Shown here: piece after piece, positions 59,186-64,000 of the stretch | Numbering within the stretch: position 1 is the first letter of the stretch | Layout of the letters: each line of letters begins with the position of its first letter | Origin: Chrysiogenales bacterium | GTDB taxonomy: Bacteria > Acidobacteriota > Aminicenantia > UBA2199 | DNA length: 64,000 bases | Assembly (NCBI GenBank): GCA_963700535.1 | Contig: CAVOXU010000014.1 | Coordinates: 176,733 to 240,732 of the forward strand | Reading direction: 5' to 3' | Program-made: the position numbers and the translations under genes | Notes under the pieces: model-generated | Told to the model about the DNA's origin: nothing | What the model saw: the letters and a program-made list of their open reading frames with translations, nothing else | Databases searched by the model: none

Positions 59186-59614
59186 ATGACGAAAGAAGAA
59201 AAAGAGATCAGGGAAATGGTCGACCGCGAGACGCGGGGCTGGGATACCAGGGACGCGGCGCTGCTGACGACCCTGTTCCATCCCGACATGGTCTGGCCCT
59301 GGCCCAGGACTTTTCAGTCGCACGATCCGCTGGACTGGATCTTCGTGCTGGGCAGGTTCGACCGGGAACGCTGGATTGAGAACTGGCAGGACTTGTTCGA
59401 CAACCATGATCTGGCGCACAACAACAGGGAAATCAGGAAGATCGTCGTGTCCGAGGAGAAGGACGGGGCGTTCGCCGTGGTGGACATTGATACTCTTTGG
59501 ATTGAAAAGACGAGCGGCAGGCACAACCACTGGAAAGGCAGGGTGTGCAAGGTCTACGCCAGGGTTGGGAGCGAGTGGAAGATGACCATGCACACCGGGG
59601 TGCTGGAATATTGA
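59186..59614 (+). CDS. SnoaL-like / DUF4440 (NTF2-fold) protein
   Basis: The ORF encodes 142 aa, begins MTKEEKEIREMVDRETRGWDTRDAALLTTLFHPDMVW and has the pattern typical of NTF2-like proteins. Confidence 0.6.
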   Translation: MTKEEKEIREMVDRETRGWDTRDAALLTTLFHPDMVWPWPRTFQSHDPLDWIFVLGRFDRERWIENWQDLFDNHDLAHNNREIRKIVVSEEKDGAFAVVDIDTLWIEKTSGRHNHWKGRVCKVYARVGSEWKMTMHTGVLEY

Positions 59615-59741
59615 AGCTACTGGAGAAATTTTGCTTGGGGCTTGGCTTCTTGACTTTGCCGGGGGGATTTGCGGTATACTGAATCATTCAACTGGCCCCA
59701 TAAAACATGCATCCCTTGCGGATGGTGAAAAGGAGGGAATT

Positions 59742-60068
59742 GTGGCGATTGTTGATCTGAAAGATATTGAAGAGAAAGAAATCGTTCCGGGATTTCATGC
59801 CCGCTTTGTCCATTCGCAAAACATGACTTTTGCCTATTGGCGGATCGAAGCCGGGGCGGCGCTGCCGAATCATTCGCATGCCCACGAACAGGTTGCCAAT
59901 GTCAGCGAAGGAGAATTCGAGTTGACGATTGACGGCGTAGCGACGATTTTGAAACCCGGGCAAGTGGCGGTGATCCCCGGGGGCGTGGCCCATTGCGGCA
60001 GGGCTGTCAGCGCTTGTAAGATCACCGATGTGTTTTACCCTGTCCGCGAAGACTACAGGAAAAAATAA
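59742..60068 (+). CDS. Cupin-domain protein
   Basis: A GTG start follows AAGGAGGG. The cupin motifs are LPNHSHAHEQVANVSEGEFE and VIPGGVAH. Confidence 0.7.
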   Translation: MAIVDLKDIEEKEIVPGFHARFVHSQNMTFAYWRIEAGAALPNHSHAHEQVANVSEGEFELTIDGVATILKPGQVAVIPGGVAHCGRAVSACKITDVFYPVREDYRKK

Positions 60069-60164
60069 AGAGCATCCGACTGATTGTTAATTTTCTTAAA
60101 CGGCAGTCGGCCTAAAGGGTGAATAGGCATGGTTATAGAATAAGATTTTTCCCTCCTTTTTTTG

Positions 60165-60193
60165 TTGACAAAACAGAATTCTGATATTATAAT
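60165..60193 (+). promoter_or_regulatory. Consensus sigma-70 promoter of the abrB-like/arsM unit
   Basis: The layout is TTGACA, a 17-nt spacer, then TATAAT, 50 nt upstream of the ATG at 60243. Confidence 0.7.
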
Positions 60194-60226
60194 AATCAGC
60201 GAAATCAGTTAAAACTGAATAATCAG
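60181..60226 (+). promoter_or_regulatory. Operator-like CTGA/TCAG inverted repeats overlapping the -10 and the start of the transcript
   Basis: The repeats are ctgatattataataatcag (60181-60199), aatcag (60203-60208) and ctgaataatcag (60215-60226). Confidence 0.4.
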
Positions 60227-60242
60227 TAAAGAAGGAGCGACG

Positions 60243-60500
60243 ATGACCAAAAAGAAAGAAGGCGGAACGGGCAGCTGCTGCCAGGTGACGTCGCTGGTGA
60301 GCGTGGACGAGCGCGGGCAGATGATCCTGCCCAAGGATATCCGCGAGAGGGCGGGAATCAAGGCCGGCGACAAGCTGGCCCTGGTGGCCTGGGAAAAGGA
60401 CGGGGCCATCTGCTGCCTGACCCTGATCAAGGCCGGCGAGCTGGCCGGCATGGTCAAGGACAAGCTGGGGCCGGTTATGTCCGATCTGCTCAAACCATGA
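60243..60500 (+). CDS. AbrB/MazE/SpoVT-fold DNA-binding protein with two vicinal Cys pairs
   Basis: The swapped-hairpin core is VSVDERGQMILPKDIRERAGIKAGDKLALV. Cys12-Cys13 (GSCCQ) and Cys57-Cys58 (AICCL) flank it. Confidence 0.75.
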   Translation: MTKKKEGGTGSCCQVTSLVSVDERGQMILPKDIRERAGIKAGDKLALVAWEKDGAICCLTLIKAGELAGMVKDKLGPVMSDLLKP

Positions 60501-60566
60501 TTGCGGCTTTCCGCGCAGAAATCGGATCGATCAGAAAAATAAATCAAACATAAGGAGTCACAACAT

Positions 60567-61374
60567 ATGAAAAAAGACATGCGCAAGAAGGTTCAGGAAA
60601 AGTACGGTCAAATAGCGGCCTCTTCCGGCTCATGCTGCGGCGCGAAACGGACGTGCGGCTGTTCGGCGCCGTCCGCCGGGGAATTGAGCGCCAGCGTCGG
60701 CTACTCGGCCGCCGACCTCACTGTCATTCCCGAGGGGGCCAATTTGGGACTCGGGCTGCGGCAATCCCGTGGCCCTGGCCGCGCTGCGCCCCGGCGAGAC
60801 GGTGCTCGATCTGGGCTCCGGGGGCGGCATCGACTGCTTCCTGGCCGCCCGCCGCGTCGGCCCCGGGGGCCGGGTGATCGGCGTGGACATGACCGAGGAG
60901 ATGATCCGCCTGGCCCGGGAGAACGCGGAAAAGAGCGGTTTGAAGAATGTCGAGTTCCGCCTGGGCGAGATCGAGAAACTGCCGCTTGAGGACAACTCGG
61001 TGGATGTCGCCATCTCCAACTGCGTGATCAACCTCTCCCCGGACAAGGAGCAGGTCTTCCGCGAAGTGTACCGGGTGCTGAAGCCGGGCGGCCGCCTGAT
61101 GGTCTCCGATATCGTGCTCGATGGCGAACTGTCCCAGCGGGTGCGGGAATCGACCGCCGCTTATACCGGCTGCATCGGCGGGGCGCTGCCGCGCCAGGAG
61201 TACCTGGCCGCCATGACCAAGGCCGGGTTCAGCGATGTGGAGATCGTGGCCGAAAGCGGGGTGCCCGTCGACCTCTGGGCCGACTTCCCCGAAGAGGCGG
61301 CATCGCTGTCGCGCGATGAGATCAAGGCGGCGCTTGCGGCCATCGCCAGCATCAAGGTCTCGGCACGGAAATAA
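60567..61374 (+). CDS. arsM: Arsenite S-adenosylmethionine methyltransferase; one apparent +1 frameshift at about 60756
   Basis: ORF 60567..60989 gives [18 protein letters not shown]...GSCCG...CGC...GANLGLG. Removing one C restores [28 protein letters not shown] (ORF 60769..61374). The conserved Cys residues lie in [14 protein letters not shown] and YTGCIGGA. Confidence 0.85.
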
Positions 61375-61460
61375 ATCGGCCGCTGCCCTGAAAATGCAAT
61401 TTTATTGCCAAAATGCTAGTATGAACCAGCCATGAATTGCCTTTTGGGAGTAAAAAAGAA

Positions 61461-62033
61461 ATGAGCACGGATAAAAAGAACAGGATATGCCCGGTCGAGC
61501 ATGCCGGGGTGCTGGATTTTATTTTCCGCAGGTTTCTGCAGAATCCGAAAAAGATATTGCAGCCTTATATCAAGGAAGGGATGACCGTCCTGGACCTGGG
61601 CTGCGGCCCGGGGTTTTTCACCATGGAAATGGCCCGGCTGGTCGGCAAGACGGGAAAAGTGGTCGCCGCCGACCTGCAGCAGGGCATGCTTGAAAAAGTG
61701 CAGAAAAAAATTCAAAACACCGTTTTTGCGGACAATATTGAACTCCATCAATGCCTGCCTGACCGGGTCGGCCTGGCGCAAAAGTTCGATTTTATCCTGG
61801 TTTTTTACATGCTCCACGAAGTGCCTGACCAGGAAAAATTTTTGCGGGAGATCAAGGCGCTGTTAGAACCTCAGGGAAGGCTCCTGCTGGTCGAACCATC
61901 ATTCCATGTTTCGCGGCACGAATTCCAGGATTCGATCGCCCTTATGATGCAGGCCGGCTTCACGGTTGCGGCGCAGCCCCGGATCTTTTTCAGCCGCACG
62001 GTCGCATTGAAAAACAGCGGCGTTGGGGAGTGA
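61461..62033 (+). CDS. Class I SAM-dependent methyltransferase
   Basis: The start is MSTDKKNRICPVEHAG and the SAM motif is VLDLGCGPGFF. LLLVEP occurs later in the protein. Confidence 0.75.
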   Translation: MSTDKKNRICPVEHAGVLDFIFRRFLQNPKKILQPYIKEGMTVLDLGCGPGFFTMEMARLVGKTGKVVAADLQQGMLEKVQKKIQNTVFADNIELHQCLPDRVGLAQKFDFILVFYMLHEVPDQEKFLREIKALLEPQGRLLLVEPSFHVSRHEFQDSIALMMQAGFTVAAQPRIFFSRTVALKNSGVGE

Positions 62034-62087
62034 AAAGACAGGGCTGGACGGCTTCTATTTATCTTTAGTATAGGAAGGCCTGATCTC

Positions 62088-62112
62088 CTGAAAGGGGCGC
62101 GAACCCTCCTCT
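62088..62112. repeat. Partial inverted copy of the compound REP-like element
   Basis: The reverse complement reads gaggagggttcgcgcccctttcagg. Compare 23886-23910. Confidence 0.5.
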
Positions 62113-62115
62113 TTA

Positions 62116-64000
62116 TTATTTCTTCTCGGCGGCTTTTTTTTCGCGCAATTCGGTCAGCAGTGCTTCCTCGATCGACTTGGGCAGCGGGGAATAGTGCAGG
62201 AACTCGATGGAGTGGCTGGCCCGGCCGCTGGAAACGGTGCGCAGCACCGAAGCGTAGCCGAACATCTCCTTGAGCGGGATGCTGCCGTTGATCTTCTGCG
62301 AGCCCTTGCGGAAGCGGCGCATGCTGTCGATGCGGCCGCGGCGGCGGTTGATGTCGCCGATGATCTCGCCCATGTACTCGTCCGGGGTGTTGACCTCGAT
62401 CTTCATGATCGGTTCCAGCACATGAGGTGAGGCCTTGCGGATGGCTTCCTTGATGGCCAGCTGCGAGCAGGTCTTGAAGGCCTGTTCGCTGGAATCCACG
62501 GCGTGGAAGCTGCCGTCGAGCAGGACGAACTTGACATCAACCATGGGGTAACCGGAGTAGGGGCCTTTTTCCATTGAGGCCCGGAAGCCCTTTTCGATGG
62601 CCGGGATGTATTCCTTGGGAATGTTGCCGCCCTTGATATTGTTGATGAATTCCAATCCCTGGCCGGGATTGGGTTCGATGCGCATGACGATATGGGCAAA
62701 CTGACCCTTGCCGCCGGTCTGTTTCTTGAACTTGTAGTTGCTGTCGGCTTCCTGGGTGATGGCTTCGCGGAAGGCCACGGCGGGCTTGCCGACCTGGACA
62801 TTGACATGATGTTCTGTTTTCAGCCGGTCGACGATGATCTCCAGATGCAGCTCACCCATGCCCGAGATCACGGTCTCGTCGGTTTCGTCGTCGAAATGCA
62901 CTTTGAAAGAGGGATCTTCCAGGGACAGTTTGTACAAGGCGGCCGAAAGCTTGTCGCGTTCCCTGGCCGACGGCGGCTCGATCTTCAGGTCGATGACGGT
63001 CTCGGGGTAGTGGATGTTCTCCAGCAGCATCGGATCTTTTTCGCTGCACAAGGTGTCGCCGGTGGTGGTGAACTTGGTGCCGATCAGGGCGGCGATGTCC
63101 CCGGCGCGGATCGTATCGATCTCCTCGCGGCGGTCGGCATGGATGCGCAGGATGCGGGCGATGCGCTCGCGCTTGTCCTTGACCGGATTATAGATATAAC
63201 TGGAAGCCGGCAGTTCTCCCGAATAGACGCGGATGAACGTCTGCTGGCCGACGAAAGGGTCATTGATGATCTTGAAGGCCAGGGCGGCGAACGGTTCCTT
63301 GGCGGACGGTTTGCGCGAGATCGCTTTTTGCGGATCGTCCAGATCGCTGCCGACGATGATGCCGCGGTCGATAGGCGAAGGCAGGTAGTCCACCACCGCG
63401 TCCATCAGCAAGCGGATGCCCTTGTTCTTGAAAGCCGTACCGCAGAATACCGGGGTGATGCACAGGGTCAGGACGGCATGGCGGGTGGCGCGTTTGATGT
63501 CCTCTTCACTGATCTCCTTGTCGTTCAGATATTTGTCCATCAGTTCCAAATCGAAATCGGCCAGTCTTTCCACCATTTTGCCGCGCCATTCCCTGGCTTG
63601 TTCCTGCAGCTCCTCGGGGATGGGGCCAACTTGCAGCTCCATATCGCGGTAGGTAACGGCTTTCATTTTGACCAGGTCGATCAAACCGGCAAAGTTTTCC
63701 TCGCTGCCGATGGGCAGTTGGTAGATCAAGGCGTTGGCACCCAGCATGTCGTTCATCATGCCCACGGTCTGGAACAGGTCGGCGCCCTGGCGGTCCATCT
63801 TGTTGACGAAAGCGATGCGCGGCACCTTGTAGCGGTCGGCCTGGTGCCAAACGGTTTCGCTCTGGGGCTCGACGCCGCCCACGGCGCAGAAAACCATGAC
63901 AATGCCATCCAGGACGCGCAGCGAACGCTCCACTTCCACGGTAAAATCGATGTGGCCCGGAGTATCGATGATGTTGACCTGGTGGTCCTGCCAGCTGGTG
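62116..64000 (-). CDS. fusA: Translation elongation factor G (5-prime end outside the window)
   Basis: My translation of the minus strand at 63940-64000 gives WQDHQVNIIDTPGHIDFTVEVERSLRVLDG, which continues into ORF 62116..63939. Confidence 0.95.
   Translation of the reverse strand, partial: TSWQDHQVNIIDTPGHIDFTVEVERSLRVLDGIVMVFCAVGGVEPQSETVWHQADRYKVPRIAFVNKMDRQGADLFQTVGMMNDMLGANALIYQLPIGSEENFAGLIDLVKMKAVTYRDMELQVGPIPEELQEQAREWRGKMVERLADFDLELMDKYLNDKEISEEDIKRATRHAVLTLCITPVFCGTAFKNKGIRLLMDAVVDYLPSPIDRGIIVGSDLDDPQKAISRKPSAKEPFAALAFKIINDPFVGQQTFIRVYSGELPASSYIYNPVKDKRERIARILRIHADRREEIDTIRAGDIAALIGTKFTTTGDTLCSEKDPMLLENIHYPETVIDLKIEPPSARERDKLSAALYKLSLEDPSFKVHFDDETDETVISGMGELHLEIIVDRLKTEHHVNVQVGKPAVAFREAITQEADSNYKFKKQTGGKGQFAHIVMRIEPNPGQGLEFINNIKGGNIPKEYIPAIEKGFRASMEKGPYSGYPMVDVKFVLLDGSFHAVDSSEQAFKTCSQLAIKEAIRKASPHVLEPIMKIEVNTPDEYMGEIIGDINRRRGRIDSMRRFRKGSQKINGSIPLKEMFGYASVLRTVSSGRASHSIEFLHYSPLPKSIEEALLTELREKKAAEKK

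Noticed and set aside
58939-59289. A 116-aa minus-strand ORF
   Set aside because: It overlaps a strong plus-strand promoter, the leader and the start of the NTF2-like gene. It has no ribosome-binding site and low-complexity Ser-rich content.
60243-60500. The AbrB/MazE-fold gene as the antitoxin of a toxin-antitoxin pair
   Set aside because: No toxin-like ORF (MazF, PIN, etc.) lies next to it or overlaps it. The downstream gene, 66 nt away, is arsM.
1-64000. A search for mobile elements, prophage, defence islands, tRNA/rRNA/tmRNA genes and toxin systems
   Set aside because: I recognised no transposase, integrase, recombinase, nuclease-helicase, Cas or phage structural motifs in any frame. 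No tRNA-like T-arm (GGTTCGAATCC-type) sequences occur in the intergenic regions. The window reads as core chromosome with a few accessory envelope genes.

Overview
This is a 64-kb chromosomal segment of roughly 55-60% GC. I found no rRNA, tRNA, CRISPR array, transposase, integrase, phage gene or recognisable defence gene. The gene content suggests an anaerobic, diderm, Acidobacteriota/Aminicenantes-like bacterium; this is inference only. It rests on an Oar-like TonB-dependent receptor, VWFA-related secreted proteins, PEGA and BNR proteins, sulfatase-TPR fusions, aldehyde:ferredoxin oxidoreductase, rubredoxin plus a flavodiiron protein, and sulfide-dependent homocysteine synthesis.

Genes in order:
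- tamA/tamB-like genes and transaldolase
- three paralogous membrane-anchored sulfatase-superfamily-TPR genes around an Oar-like outer-membrane receptor that has a textbook sigma-54 promoter
- a FecR-like protein with a poly-Ser tail, then malQ and a GGDEF protein
- sdhCDAB, nudC, and a mobB-small ORF-polyferredoxin-aor operon
- secreted proteins, then thpR-plsY-gpsA and an FHA-GAF-cyclase
- a TPR lipoprotein, rubredoxin plus flavodiiron protein, and LemA-TPM-TPM
- an ask-asd-COG2122-DUF39/ferredoxin homocysteine operon
- a PEGA protein, a DDAH-like enzyme, a BNR/sortilin-like protein and two tandem VWFA-related paralogs
- purB, a HEAT protein, purL and a DsrE-like gene
- small SnoaL and cupin genes, an AbrB-like/arsM/methyltransferase module, and fusA

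Sequence quality is poor. At least 20 single-base frameshifts, many in homopolymer runs, split conserved genes, so I merged ORF-track fragments wherever the adjacent frame clearly continues the same protein.

No canonical novel system can be proven from sequence alone. The best candidates for follow-up are:
1. the sigma-54/UAS-controlled Oar-like receptor bracketed by three Thr-type (non-formylglycine) sulfatase-TPR paralogs
2. a di-Cys-pair AbrB-fold protein with operator-like repeats upstream of arsM
3. the fully coupled Asp-to-homocysteine operon with a long structured leader
4. a family of REP-like GC-rich hairpin repeats
5. several uncharacterised secreted paralog pairs
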